Assembly (NCBI RefSeq): GCF_036321535.1
Contig: NC_087462.1
Location: 5,084,001-5,148,000, forward strand
Length of the DNA: 64,000 nucleotides
Direction of reading: 5' to 3'
Source: Camelus dromedarius
Taxonomy: Eukaryota
The notes under the pieces were generated by a model. The model was not told the DNA's origin. It ran no database searches and was given only the letters and a program-made list of their open reading frames with translations. Position numbers and translations under genes: made by a program. This document shows, one piece after another, positions 26,927 through 38,640 of this stretch (the stretch's first letter is position 1; the number at the start of each line of letters is the position of its first letter).

Positions 26927-28719
26927 GTGAGTGGGTGACTCTCCGCCCCTGGGGACTGGGCTTGTGGGGTGAGGATCTGAACCACGGGAGGTCGGCCCCA
27001 GGTGCGGCTGGCACTGTGACCTGAGCCCAACGCCTGCCTCCAGGGCACACAAGGAGCCGGGGAAGGGTGGGGTGGAGGGGTGGAAGTGGGGACACGGGCA
27101 GAGAGAGGCCCGGCTCTGGCCAGCCCCAGGGCGCCTGTCCAGGGAGCCCAGCAGGCCTGGCCAAGGACGGAGTGAAGATCAACAGGTTGGGGTCCACTCT
27201 GGGAGTCTTCACCATGTTTTTTCCCTCTCCTCCGCTGCTGCTAACTCATCCCTGTGAGCCCTTCAACTCTGCAGGCTCCTACCACGTGGGGGCCTCACCA
27301 GGCTGTCCCTTCTGAGACTTGACTCCCCGGTCTGACTCCGGACCCCTAAGCCCTGGCAGGGCAGCTTGGAAAACTACTAGGTTATAAGTCCCCAGGCCTG
27401 GGTCCCAGAACAGGATCTGTGACTACTGGGCCACCATCCCCAACCCAGGCCACACTTTCTCCCTTGTGTAAAAGTCAAAAGTTGGACCTTGTGCCCTCCA
27501 AGGACAGTTGCAGGGCTGACAAATGTCACTGTTTCTTCTTTGTCCCTTAGCATGGCCTGTGGGTGGGGACGGGGCGGGGAGGGGGCGGCTAGACCAGGAG
27601 CACCCACCACCGCCACCACCTGTGTGTCTGGAGGCTAGCTGGGGACTGGGGGAGGGCCTGAGAGAGAAGCAGCAAGTGGAGGCATGGGTGGGTGGAGCTA
27701 AGGCTGAGCAGGGGCCTGTACCCGGTCTCAGTCCGACAAAGACACCCCAGCCTGGTGTGCAGAGCAGCCATCCCCCACACCATCTCTTGTCTGCCGGAAG
27801 GAACCCCTTTATGAGGTTCTTTTGGCAAAGATGCTTCATCTCAGCCAGACGTCCTCACTCAGCATGGAGCAGCACAGGCAGTCAGACAGAGGGGACTTGG
27901 GGGTCCCACCTCAGATGTCACTTGTAGCTGTGATATCTTCAATAGGTTATTTTACTACCCCAAGTCTGGAGAAAGAGTGTCCCTACATCCCAGGGATAAA
28001 ATGAGGCACTGAGGGTCTAGTGGCCGTAAGTTAAGTTCTCTGTCTCCATGCCCCCATGAACCCTTCTCCCTGAGCCCTCCCACCAGCCCTGTTTAGACAA
28101 AGGGGGGTCAGCCTGTGTCTGCGGAAGCTTAATGGTAGGTTTGGGATGACCGAGACTGAGTCACGGAGACAGATAATGATAACCCCATGTCTGCCTCTGA
28201 TGCTCTTGTGTATACACCTTGTTCCAAGGGAGACTCTAGGCCATCCGCTGGGGACCCTGGGTGTCTCTGCTTTCTTGTCTTTAATTGTGGACCCAGGATG
28301 GTCAGTGGCAGACCTTCCTCCATTTCGAGATGGGTCCTGATGGGTGGCAGGGACACGGGGGTCTGAAGAAGTTGGTGCCTGCCCATCTGTCTGGCAAGTC
28401 TGCCACAGCCCCAGAGTTACCATTCTGCAGTTGAGCAGTGGAGCAGCATCCCTTGAAGGGACAGGTAGCCAGCACTGGAAGGGGGCATATGGCTGGCTCC
28501 TTGATCCTGGGTCTCCCCTCAGCTCAGTGTGTCCTTGCACTTCATACACAGACAGACACTGATATGCATGCTCTAGAACGCCCCCATGTGTCCGTTTTGG
28601 TGGCTGCAATTTGGCCCCTGAGGGCTGCTGAGCTGCCCTGGGTGTATTTCTTCCAGATTCCCCGGTGCCTAAGACTGTGATGCACTGGGCATCTTTACTC
28701 TCCTTGTTGGTTAGGACAA

Positions 28720-28806
28720 TTTCTTTTTTTTAATGGAGGTACTGGGGACTGAACCTAGGATCTCATGCATACTAAGCATGCACTCTAACACTGAGTTATA
28801 CTCTCC
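28720..28806 (-). mobile_element. tRNA-derived SINE, camelid type (second copy)
   Basis: Reverse complement of the 63888 element: poly-T then AATGGAGGTACTGGGGACTGAACCTAGG...CATGCATACTAAGCATGCACTCTAACACTGAGTTATACTCTCC. Confidence 0.8.
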
Positions 28807-30398
28807 TACCCCTTGTTTAGGACAGGACAAGAAACAGCGTGAGGGATGGGCCACTGGGTGAGGAGTTCTGTGCTCTTCTGTGTACCCCCTTGCGTGAGCC
28901 TGGTGATGGATGAGTCAGGGCTTGAGTCGGGGCCCCAGGGACACAGGGTGTGTGCAGGTGTGTCCCTGTCCCTTGCATGCCATCCCTGGGACAGAGGTGG
29001 GAGCCTCTGATGGGATTAAGGGGTGTGGTGGACTGTCTGCTCTCATCCTGGTGGGTGGGGCCTACATCCTATATTCCTGCCCACCCCCACCTTGTCCTCA
29101 CTCAGGAGTAGCCCCTAAGGCCTTCAAGGGTTATGGGGACCAAAAGAGAGGCATAGAGGTTTCAGAGCAATTGGCTGAGGTGTGGGACATGGGCCAGGTT
29201 CCCCCCAGGAGATGGGTGGGAGGCTGGAGGACCCGCTGGTGGCCCAGATACCTCCCTTCCTTGGCCAGTGCGTGCCCAGTGACAGGCTGTCAGGATGAGG
29301 ACAGCAGGCTGTGTGAGAAAACTGCATATTGGAGAGCATGGATGCTGGGAGGGACGGACCGGCCTAGGAGCCTCCTCGGAGGCAGTGGGGGCCTCGCTGC
29401 CTCCTTCTCCTTCCCCCTCCAGTCTCAGGGAGAGAGAATGAGGCTCCCCACCTGCCTGCCTGGGAGGATGACGTCCCAGCACATGGCCCACGCCCCTATG
29501 TGACTTGTGCCTGGCTGTCTGTATCTGGAATAATGATACCTTGGTCTAAAATGAAACCCAGGGACAGACAGAGTGGGCCGGCCGCCCAGGAGCCTGGCAG
29601 CCCAGCCCTGTCCCAGTCCTAGGTGTCACCCTGGCTTTTCCCCTGAGAGTTTTCCACTTCCTGCTCCTCTGCCCCTCGGCCCATCCTAGCACTCTCCTGC
29701 CCTGCCTCTCAGAGCCCAGGTCTCGGTTTTCTGCCTCAGATTCTAGACACTAGCCCCTCTAGAAATCCAGGTGTCCCAGTCACTGTCACCACCCCCGAGG
29801 GCTGACCGGCCTTCAGCTTCTCCACTCCCTGCCCCTGGGGCCCGTAACCAGAGCCAGGCTCCAGCCGGCTTTTCCGGTTGGAGGTTGGAGGTGGTGCCCA
29901 GAGCGCCCCTGAAGGCGGTGGGGGGGCCCCACGCCCCGGAAGTCCTTAGCCTCTGGACTCTCTCTGGGCCTGTGGTGGAGAGAGCCTGGGCTGGCCGCCT
30001 GACTACCGGGTGTCTGGAGTCAGAGAAGCAGAGCCAGTGTTTCGGGATTGGCGTCAAGAGTGGGAGGAGATGCCTGGGTTCCGGGCGAAGGCCACACGGG
30101 CAAGCTGTGGGGCAGGGGCCCCGTGGACTGCCCCTCCTGAGCTCTGAGAGGGCAAGCAGGGGTCCCAGGAAGCAGAGGGGGTGAGGCCCGCAGTCGCTGG
30201 CCTCCCGGAGGTCTGGTGGGGGGCGGGGAGGGGACGGGAGCACGCAGCTTGTGGGTTCTGCCAGATTTGGGCAGGGTGGAGCGCGGACTGGGAGCAGAGG
30301 GCTGTGTCTGGCTCTTCTGGGGACCCAGCACCAGGCGCGCCCTTCTGAGGGTCTCTCTCGCTGCTTCCTGCTCTCCCACAGGCGCTCCCGTAGACGGG

Positions 30399-33398
30399 AT
30401 GATTCCCGTGGCAGAGTTCAAGCAGTTCACGGAGCAGCAGCCCGCCTTCAAGGTGCTCAAACCCTGGTGGGACGTGCTGGCCGAGTACCTCACGGTGGCT
30501 ATGCTCATGATCGGGGTCTTCGGCTGCACCCTCCAGGTAAGGGGCGGGGCGGGGCGGGGTCTCTAGGGGGCGGGGCTTGGGTTCCGGAAGTCTTCCCCGT
30601 TATGGTCTCACAGTTGTACAGACTGGATGTCTGAATTCTAAGTGTTGACAGGAGAGGCAGGCGAATGTGCTCCATGCCTCTCTTCTAGATTCTGGTGGCC
30701 TCTGGTATTCCTTGGTTTATAAATGACATTCTCATTGTATCTTCAGAGCTTTTCCCCTCTGTGTGTGTGTCCGTGCGTCTCTGTCTCTGTGTCCAAATTT
30801 CTACCTTTCATAAGGACAAAGTCCTATTGGGTTAGGTCCCACCCCAACGACCTCACCTTAACTTGATTACATCTGCTCTGCAAAGGCTATTTCCAAACAA
30901 GGCCACATTCACAGGTATTGGGGGTTAGGACTTCAACATCTTTTCCAGGGACACAGTTAACCTGGCTCTTTTTTTCAGATAAAGTCTGATGCTAAGAGCT
31001 TTATTGACTCCTCCAAAGTCACAGCCAGCTGGGGACAGTTGGGGATTGATCGGGGCCACTTCTGCCTTCAGCCTGCTTCCTCCCCTCCACCCTGCTGCAA
31101 CTTTCTGGGCCACCCAGCCTCTTCACCTTCTTTTGGCCTCTCCCCCATCCCCAGGTGACTCAGGACAAGATCATCTGTCTGCCCAGTCACGAACCCCGGG
31201 AGAACTTATCGGAGGCCCCATGCCAGCAACTGCTGCCTCGGGGGGTCTCGGAGCAGATGGGGGACCTCCGGGAGGTGAGTGGCCTCAAGAACAACCTGGA
31301 CCTGCAGCAGTACAGCTTCATTAACCAGCTCTGCTATGAGACGGCCCTCCACTGGTATGCCAAGTACTTCCCCTACCTGGTCGTCATCCACACACTCATC
31401 TTTATGGTCTGCACCAGCTTCTGGTTCAAATTCCCTGGCACCAGCTCCAAGATTGAGCACTTCATCTCCATCCTGGGCAAGTGTTTTGACTCACCATGGA
31501 CCACGCGGGCCCTGTCTGAGGTCTCTGGGGAGAACCACAAGGGCCCCACCGCTGGGCGGGCAATGGTAACCGTGGCAGCTGCAGCCGGGCCGGGGAAGGC
31601 TGGTGAGGGCGAGAAGGAGAAGGTGCTGGTGGAGCCCGAGAAGGTGGTGACTGAGCCACCAGCTGTCACCCTGCTGGACAAGAAGGAGGGTGAGCAGGCC
31701 AAAGCCCTGTTCGAGAAGGTCAAGAAATTCCGCGTGCATGTGGAAGAGGGGGACATCTTGTACACCATGTACATCCGGCAGATGGTGCTCAAGGTCTGCA
31801 AGTTCTTTGCCATCCTGGTCTACAACCTTGTCTACGTGGAGAAGATCAGCTTCCTGGTGGCCTGCAGGGTGGAGACCTCAGAGGTCACGGGCTACGCCAG
31901 CTTCTGCTGTAACCACACCAAAGCCCACCTCTTCTCCAAGCTGGCTTTCTGCTACATCTCCTTCGTGTGCGTCTATGGCATCACCTGCCTCTACACGCTC
32001 TACTGGCTTTTCCACCGGCCCCTCAAGGAGTATTCCTTCCGGTCTGTGCGGGAGGAGACGGGCATGGGGGACATCCCCGACGTCAAGAACGACTTTGCTT
32101 TCATGCTGCACCTCATTGACCAGTACGACTCGCTTTACTCGAAGCGCTTTGCTGTCTTCCTCTCTGAGGTCAGCGAAAGCCGCCTGAAACAGCTCAACCT
32201 CAACCACGAGTGGACAGCTGAGAAACTGCGGCAGAAACTGCAGCGCAACGCCCGGGGCCGGCTGGAGCTGGCCCTCTGCATGCTCCCAGGACTGCCTGAC
32301 ACGGTCTTCGAGCTCAGCGAGCTGGAGGCACTGCGGCTGGAGGCCATCTGTGACATCACCTTCCCCCCGGGCCTCTTGCAGCTGGTGCACCTGCAGGAGC
32401 TCAGCCTGCTCCACTCACCTGCCAGGCTGCCCTTCTCCTCCCAGGTTTTCCTGCGGGACCGCCTGAAAGTCATCCGGGTCAAGTGCGAGGAGCTCCGCGA
32501 GGTGCCCCTCTGGGTGTTCGGACTGCGGGGCCTGGACGAGTTGCATTTGGAGGGGCTCTTCCCCCCGGAGCTGGCCCGGGCGGCGACCCTCGAGAGCCTC
32601 CGGGAGCTGAAGCAGCTGAAGGTGCTGTCTCTGCGGAGCAACGCCGGTAAGGTGCCAGCCAGCGTGACCGACGTGGCTGGGCACCTGCAACGGCTCAGCC
32701 TGCACAATGATGGGGCCCGCCTGCTGGCACTGAACAGCCTCAAGAAGCTGGCGGTGCTTCGGGAGCTGGAGCTGGTGGCCTGCGGGCTGGAGCGCATCCC
32801 CCACGCCGTCTTCAGTCTGGGTGCACTGCAGGAACTCGACCTCAAGGACAACCACCTGCGGTCCATCGAGGAGATTCTCAGTTTCCAGCACTGCCGCAAG
32901 CTGGTCACGCTCCGGCTGTGGCACAACCAGATTGCCTATGTTCCCGAGCACGTGAGGAAGCTCCGGGGCCTCGAACAGCTCTATCTCAACCACAACAAGC
33001 TGGAGACCCTGCCCCCGCAGCTGGGCATGTGCTCCGGCCTCCGCCTGCTGGACGTCTCCCACAATGGGCTGCGCTCCCTGCCGGCCGAGCTGGGCCTCCT
33101 CCAGAACCTGCAGCACCTGGCTCTCTCCTACAACGCCCTGGAGTTCCTGCCCGATGAGCTCTTCTCCTGCCGCAAGCTGCGGACATTGCTCCTCGGATAC
33201 AACCACCTGCGCCAGCTCTCGCCCCAGGTGGGGGCCCTCAGGGCCCTCAGCCGCCTAGAACTCAAGGGCAACCGGCTGGAGGCACTGCCTGAAGAACTCG
33301 GCCACTGTGGAGGGCTCAAGAAGGCAGGGATACTGGTGGAGGACACCCTTTATGAGGGGCTGCCGGCAGAGGTGCGGGACAGGATGGAGGTGGAGTGA
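30399..33398 (+). CDS. LRRC8E: Volume-regulated anion channel subunit LRRC8E, 793 aa
   Basis: Exon 30399-30536 ([25 protein letters not shown]...) spliced in phase 0 to exon 31155-33398. Pannexin-like TM region followed by leucine-rich repeats; C-terminus [12 protein letters not shown]. Confidence 0.98.
30640..30960 (-). mobile_element. MLT1-family MaLR LTR in LRRC8E intron
   Basis: TTTCCAAACAAGGCCACATTCACAGGTATTGGGGGTTAGGACTTCAACATC and CACCTTAACTTGATTACATCTGC are the reverse of MLT1 consensus strings. Confidence 0.75.
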
Positions 33399-33924
33399 AG
33401 CCAGGAGGGGCAGGTGGAGATAGAGGCCTTCCGGATGCTACCTCATCTCCAAGGGAGGTGGCCAAGTGGGTTCAGGTCAGGAGACGGGGAGCAGACATAT
33501 CAGGCTGCTGGGGCCTGGGCAAGATCCCGGGACTGGTTTGTCTGGGGAGAGATGGGAGGCCATGGATTTGGGGTTGAGCAGAATGGAGGGATTAACTCAG
33601 TCATCAGATTCTCAGACCAAAACCACACCTGTGTCTTTGGCTGGCTGGCTTGCTCCCAGCCCTGGGCCAGAACTCCTGCCCTCCCCCGTCTAGTTCAAAC
33701 AGTGCCATGTATGGGGGGTGGGGCACATCCCAATGGGATTTCAATCCTCTCCCCTGACCAGAACAGCTTATATCTGGAGTTCTCTCCCAAGGAGGGGACA
33801 CAGACGCAAGGGACCAGCTCCTCCCACCCCTAACTTTGATGCTAATCTCCTATTTATGAGTTGTTTGCCACAGACATGTGAATTCAGAAAAATGGTTCTC
33901 ATATTTGGCAATGCCTCAAAATCA

Positions 33925-34075
33925 ACATCCCCCAAACTAAACATCCCAGGCCCCACCCCTGAAAGACTGACTCAGGAGGTTTGGCTGGAGGCCAGGAACT
34001 TGTCTGTAAATATAAGCATCCCAGGTAATTCTGATGCAGGTGGTTCCAGGCCTGTATGCTGAGAAGTGCTGGCCT
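33925..34075. mobile_element. hAT-Charlie MITE (MER5-like) in LRRC8E 3'UTR
   Basis: CCCAGGCCCCACCCC...GACTGACTCAG...CCCAGGTAATTCTGATGCAGGTGG. Confidence 0.55.
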
Positions 34076-34099
34076 ACAGAGCAGATATCTGGGTGTCTA

Positions 34100-34312
34100 G
34101 ATTAGGGATTCTGAACTTCTTTTTAGGTCCCTAGACCCTTTGAGAAATCTGATAAAAGGTGGGCATCTCCTTCCTCAGGAAAATGCTCATGAACACATGC
34201 ATGAAAAGTTCTGCAAACAACTTCAGGCATTTTAACAGATTCCTCCAGAATCCCCAGAGGGCTAGTCAGGGACATCCTAAGGATTGTGGACCCCAGGTTA
34301 AGAACACCTGCT
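34100..34312. mobile_element. hAT-Charlie-type MER DNA transposon
   Basis: Imperfect terminal inverted repeats GGGATTCTGAACTT ... CCAGGTTAAGAACACCTG and an internal GACCCTTTGAGAAATCTGAT. Confidence 0.5.
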
Positions 34313-34398
34313 GTGGAAGGTACATTTTTCTGAGGACAGGCAGGGACTTTGTCTTTCAAATGTTCCCCATGTGAGGAAGTGTACATCAGTGAGCGCTC

Positions 34399-34404
34399 AA
34401 TAAA
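34399..34404 (+). terminator. Candidate LRRC8E polyadenylation signal
   Basis: AATAAA about 1 kb after the stop. The context GCGCTCAATAAAT resembles a MIR/L2 end, so it may be repeat-derived. Confidence 0.4.
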
Positions 34405-35229
34405 TAATACTATGAGAACTGTAATTCTGATCTCTTGTGTCCACTCCTGATATTGTCTAAGCTTTTGATTTCACCAGACCAAAACGCAGCAAGTGGCAAG
34501 TCACGTGACAGGGTCAAGGGTACGTATGAGTCTCCGACTGTGAGCAGAGGCAGAAAGAGACCTCAGCCAACCTCAGCATCATAACTTTTCCTAGAGAACT
34601 GCTCTTCCTCTGCTTTCCCTGTTATCCTCCTGGCTCCACAGTTTTGCGTCTGTTCCACCCGTAAGAATTTCCACAAGCCTTCAACGGTCATCAGTGTTCC
34701 TGTGCTGGAGCAGGCAAGGCACAGGCACAGCCTACTTGACCCTGACCTCCTGGGATCAGCCACCTTCAAGGTGTCTGCAAAACGTGCACCAGAGAGCAGA
34801 GGCAAGCTGTGCTCCAGGGGACCCAGGGTTCCAGATAGGGACATTTTCCCAGCACTCTTCAGACCAGTTAAAGAAAATGTGTAAAGTGTGGAAGCGCCAC
34901 CAGGGCTTGTCTTCTGCATTGTCCAGGAGCTAGGCTCACATTCTGGGGGCAGAACAGGTTGGGGAAGTCTTACAATGTCCCAGGCAAGTCTGACTTGGAA
35001 CTCCCTGGCCTTGACCTTGCCCCCCCCACCCCGTCGCCGAGATCAGGGGTCACGCCATCGGATTCCCAGTGGCCCGTGCCCTACCCCTCCTCTCCTGCTT
35101 GTCCTCTGCCAACCCTGGGGCTGCTGAAATGGAAAGGGCTTCCCATGGGTGCCTAATTACGGTGAGGAAGCAGCAATTAAGCATAACAGGGATCCTAATG
35201 AAGCACTGTCCGAGTTGAGAAAGGCAGTT

Positions 35230-36130
35230 CTGAGAAGGCGTGGGTGCCAGCGAGGGCCGGGCCGGGAAGAGAGAGCAAGGCTGGGCACAAACAGCCTAGG
35301 CGACCACCAGGGACAGCGGCCGGGAAAACTGCCAAGGATGCGCATGCGCAGCGGATGCCACGCGCGTGACTTGGTCTCCAGCTCTGTACGCTTGCGCGCT
35401 GCCTTCTCCACCCACCGCTCCGGGCGAAAAGGCGAACGGGTTTCCACACAGCGCCTCTTGCCGGAGCTGCCGGGAATTCGCGCATGCGCATCGTAGTGGG
35501 CGGACTTGCACGTTGCCAGGCGCAAGCTCTAGGTGGCGTCATCCCTCCGGCTGGGACGAAACACGCACGCGCGGAGGTTCGCACGCGTGAAGGGCGGGTG
35601 CGCGCCGCGGGCATGCGCCGTGAGGAGCGAGACGGCGGCTCGGCGNNNNNNNNNNNNNNNNNNNNNNNNNNNNNNNNNNNNNNNNNNNNNNNNNNNNNNN
35701 NNNNNNNNNNNNNNNNNNNNNNNNNNNNNNNNNNNNNNNNNNNNNNNNNNNNNNNNNNNNNNNNNNNNNNNNNNNNNNNNNNNNNNNNNNNNNNNNNNNN
35801 NNNNNNNNNNNNNNNNNNNNNNNNNNNNNNNNNNNNNNNNNNNNNNNNNNNNNNNNNNNNNNNNNNNNNNNNNNNNNNNNNNNNNNNNNNNNNNNNNNNN
35901 NNCTGCGGGAGGCCCCGCCCCCGCATCTAAGCCCCGCCCCTGCTTCCGGGGCGCTCTTGCTCCTCCTCCTCTCCGCCCCCTTCCCCGCTGTCCGCTCGCG
36001 GGGAGAGGGTCACGGTGACCCGGGGCGCGTGGGGCCGGCGGGCTCCTGGGCAGCCCTCTCCTTGCCTGAGGGTTCCCCGTTACGGGGTTTGGGAGCCTAG
36101 TTACCCGGTTCCTGGCGAGGCCTCCCGCCT
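35230..36130 (+). promoter_or_regulatory. MAP2K7 CpG-island promoter; exon 1 coding part inferred to lie in N gap 35646-35902
   Basis: High CpG density; NRF1 palindromes TGCGCATGCGCA 35339-35350 and CGCGCATGCGCA 35479-35490; 5'UTR-like GGCGGCTCGGCG runs into the gap. Confidence 0.8.
35646..35902. other. Assembly gap (257 N), inferred to contain MAP2K7 exon 1 CDS
   Basis: Run of N inside the MAP2K7 CpG island; MAASSLEQK coding sequence is absent elsewhere in the window. Confidence 0.95.
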
Positions 36131-37477
36131 ATTGATCCTCCCCCATCACTGTGATCCTCAAGAGCCTTTATCACCCGCGAGCCGTGCTCCTACTCCCTGC
36201 GACCGCGACCACATCCAGCCCTTCCGTAGACATGGACACATCCCTTCTGACCAGCTGATTCCTCTCCCGGCATCTCAGGGACTGTGTCAAGAGGCCCCCT
36301 CCCTGCGCTCCGCAGCTCGGTTCTTGTCATCCAGGTTCAGCAGATAATCCACTCACGCTCGCACACATACACCTGGCCTGGGGACACCTGAGCTCACTTG
36401 TCCACGTATAACCACCCCTTGTGCCTCCAATCTGTTGATTCTTTCCCTGCCTCCTTGTAACTTTGTCTGGAGCTCCCTTTCCCCTGTCTGGGACCTTGTC
36501 ACTGGGTTCAGCAAATCCCCCCCTCCACATACAGCCTGCTCACATACACCAGGTCCCCTCATGCTCCTCTGACTAGTTTCACTGCCACCATTTTAGCAGC
36601 TGTGTCTGGCTCCTCCAGAAATACACACCCAACTCCCAAGCCTGGTAACTGTCACTTTGAGTCAAGTGACTTTCCTCTCTGCACACATCCACACCCATCC
36701 AGCTCAGGGACACCTGAGGCCCCAGTGTGATGCTGTCTAGGCATCCTAGTGCCCTTGCACCTCCTTTCTGATTCCCTGATCTCAGTGCCTACCTCCCTGG
36801 CATCTTGTCATCTGGAGTCAACACCCACACCCGGCCTGGGATCACTGCGACCCCATCTAGTCTCCTTGTTACATCATACAGAACCCCCTCCCCAGATCCT
36901 CACAGCTCAGAGAGAATCAGATTCTGCCCCCCACACACATGCTTTCTGTGTCTTTCTTGACTCAGCAAATTGTCTTTTTTTAATCCCCTCTGAAATGACT
37001 CTTGTATTTTCTGGAGTTCCCTGTGGGGTCATCCTGACAGAGGGGCAAGAGACCTCCTTATCTCCCTGCTCACCCAGCCTGAGCCTCATCCCTGTGTAGG
37101 GTCCACTCCCCATCCCTCCCTCTTCTAACCTGGGTCATCGTAGGTTCTTGCTGGAGATGGGGGTTGTTCTTGGGGGTCCAGAGAAAGCCCGAGGCGGTAG
37201 TGCTGGCATTGGACACTGCCTGGGGTAGGAAGCCCGGCCAGGACTAGAGGGTTCCTGCTGGTCTCTACAGTGCTGCTCCCCCCACCCCAGCCCCAGCGTG
37301 GACGAGACAGTCCTGAGTACCGAGCCTGGGCTTCCTTCGGGGCGGCTGTCCCAGATGCAGAGTGAGGCATGGCAAGGCTCATGGCGAGCAGGCCCCCGGG
37401 GAGCCCCCTTCCAGGTGTCTGTGTCTGCTCCATCCCATCCTCCCATCTCTGTCGGTTTCTACCCATCTTTGCGCCTC

Positions 37478-37659
37478 NNNNNNNNNNNNNNNNNNNNNNN
37501 NNNNNNNNNNNNNNNNNNNNNNNNNNNNNNNNNNNNNNNNNNNNNNNNNNNNNNNNNNNNNNNNNNNNNNNNNNNNNNNNNNNNNNNNNNNNNNNNNNNN
37601 NNNNNNNNNNNNNNNNNNNNNNNNNNNNNNNNNNNNNNNNNNNNNNNNNNNNNNNNNNN
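37478..37659. other. Assembly gap (182 N), probably containing the 48-nt MAP2K7 cassette exon 2
   Basis: Run of N preceded by a pyrimidine tract and followed by UG-rich sequence. Confidence 0.85.
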
Positions 37660-37720
37660 GACGTCTGCACCATTGACCTAACCGCTGCCCTGGCCGCAGA
37701 ATGCCATCCCCTGTCCCCCA

Positions 37721-37772
37721 TGCTGTGTGTGTGTGTGCGCCCGCGCGCGTGTGTGTGCGCGCGCGCATGCAC
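37721..37772 (+). repeat. (TG)n/(CG)n alternating purine-pyrimidine tract
   Basis: TGCTGTGTGTGTGTGTGCGCCCGCGCGCGTGTGTGTGCGCGCGCGCATGCAC. Confidence 0.85.
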
Positions 37773-38359
37773 ACATTTTCCCCTCACTCTCACTTTGTCT
37801 TTCCACATCATCAGCGTCTGGTCCACCCAGTCTTTTCCTCTGTGTCTTCTCACCTCCCGCTCCTCCCTTCCTCTCGGGCTCAGATTTGGACTCCCTGGAG
37901 GAGGAAACAGGCTCCCTCACTGGCTGGGAGTCTGTCACCTGCCAAGGGGGTCACGAGTGTTCGTGCGTGTGCAAGCATGCCTGAGCAAGAGGGAGAGAAA
38001 GTTGGGCCGGTGCGCGAATTGCGCCAGCCGATCCACCTCAACAGTTCAGCAAACCCATGTTGCCTCCCCTAGGCTGTGTGGCTCTGGGCCCAGGGACACT
38101 GTAGCGAGCAGGAAGGACCGCATCCCTCTGCTGCAGTGGGGGTAGGGAGAAGTGGAGGGGCCACCGTGCCTTGGAGGGAAGGCACAGGGCAGCAGGGTTG
38201 GGGGTTCTGAGGGGCAACGGGCAGTCGAGGAAGCCTCTGGAGAAGGTGGGATTGGAGTAGAATCTCCTGGGAGGTTGAGGGGAGCGCAGGGATGGAAGTA
38301 GAGGAAACAGCCCTGCCAGGGCCCGAGGGCAGGTGCCAGTGGGTCTGGGAGCAGATGAG

Positions 38360-38640
38360 TGGGGGACATCTGTGTGCGTGGGGGTGTGTGTGAGAGGCTG
38401 GGTGGGCGTCTGGCCCTGTTGGTCCTTGTGTGTGTATGTAAGTGGGACTAGATTGGGCAGTTTTGTGGTGGGGTGTGTGTGTGTCTGTGTGTCTGTGTGT
38501 GTGTGCATGCATGCGTTTGTGTGTAAAAACGTGCGGTGAGCTGGCTCTGTGGCGTGTCATCTCCCGTCTGCATGTGCGTGGGGTTTGTGCCATGCTGTGC
38601 GTGTGCACGTGCGCGTTGACTGACAGCCTGGTGCGTTTGT
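38360..38640 (+). repeat. TG-rich low-complexity tract in MAP2K7 intron
   Basis: Many GTGTGT runs. Confidence 0.7.

Noticed and set aside
31878-33206. Long antisense ORFs (178-263 aa) opposite LRRC8E
   Set aside because: Expected shadow ORFs of a 2.2-kb GC3-rich coding exon.
35195-37853. ORFs containing long X runs
   Set aside because: Artefacts of translating through N gaps.
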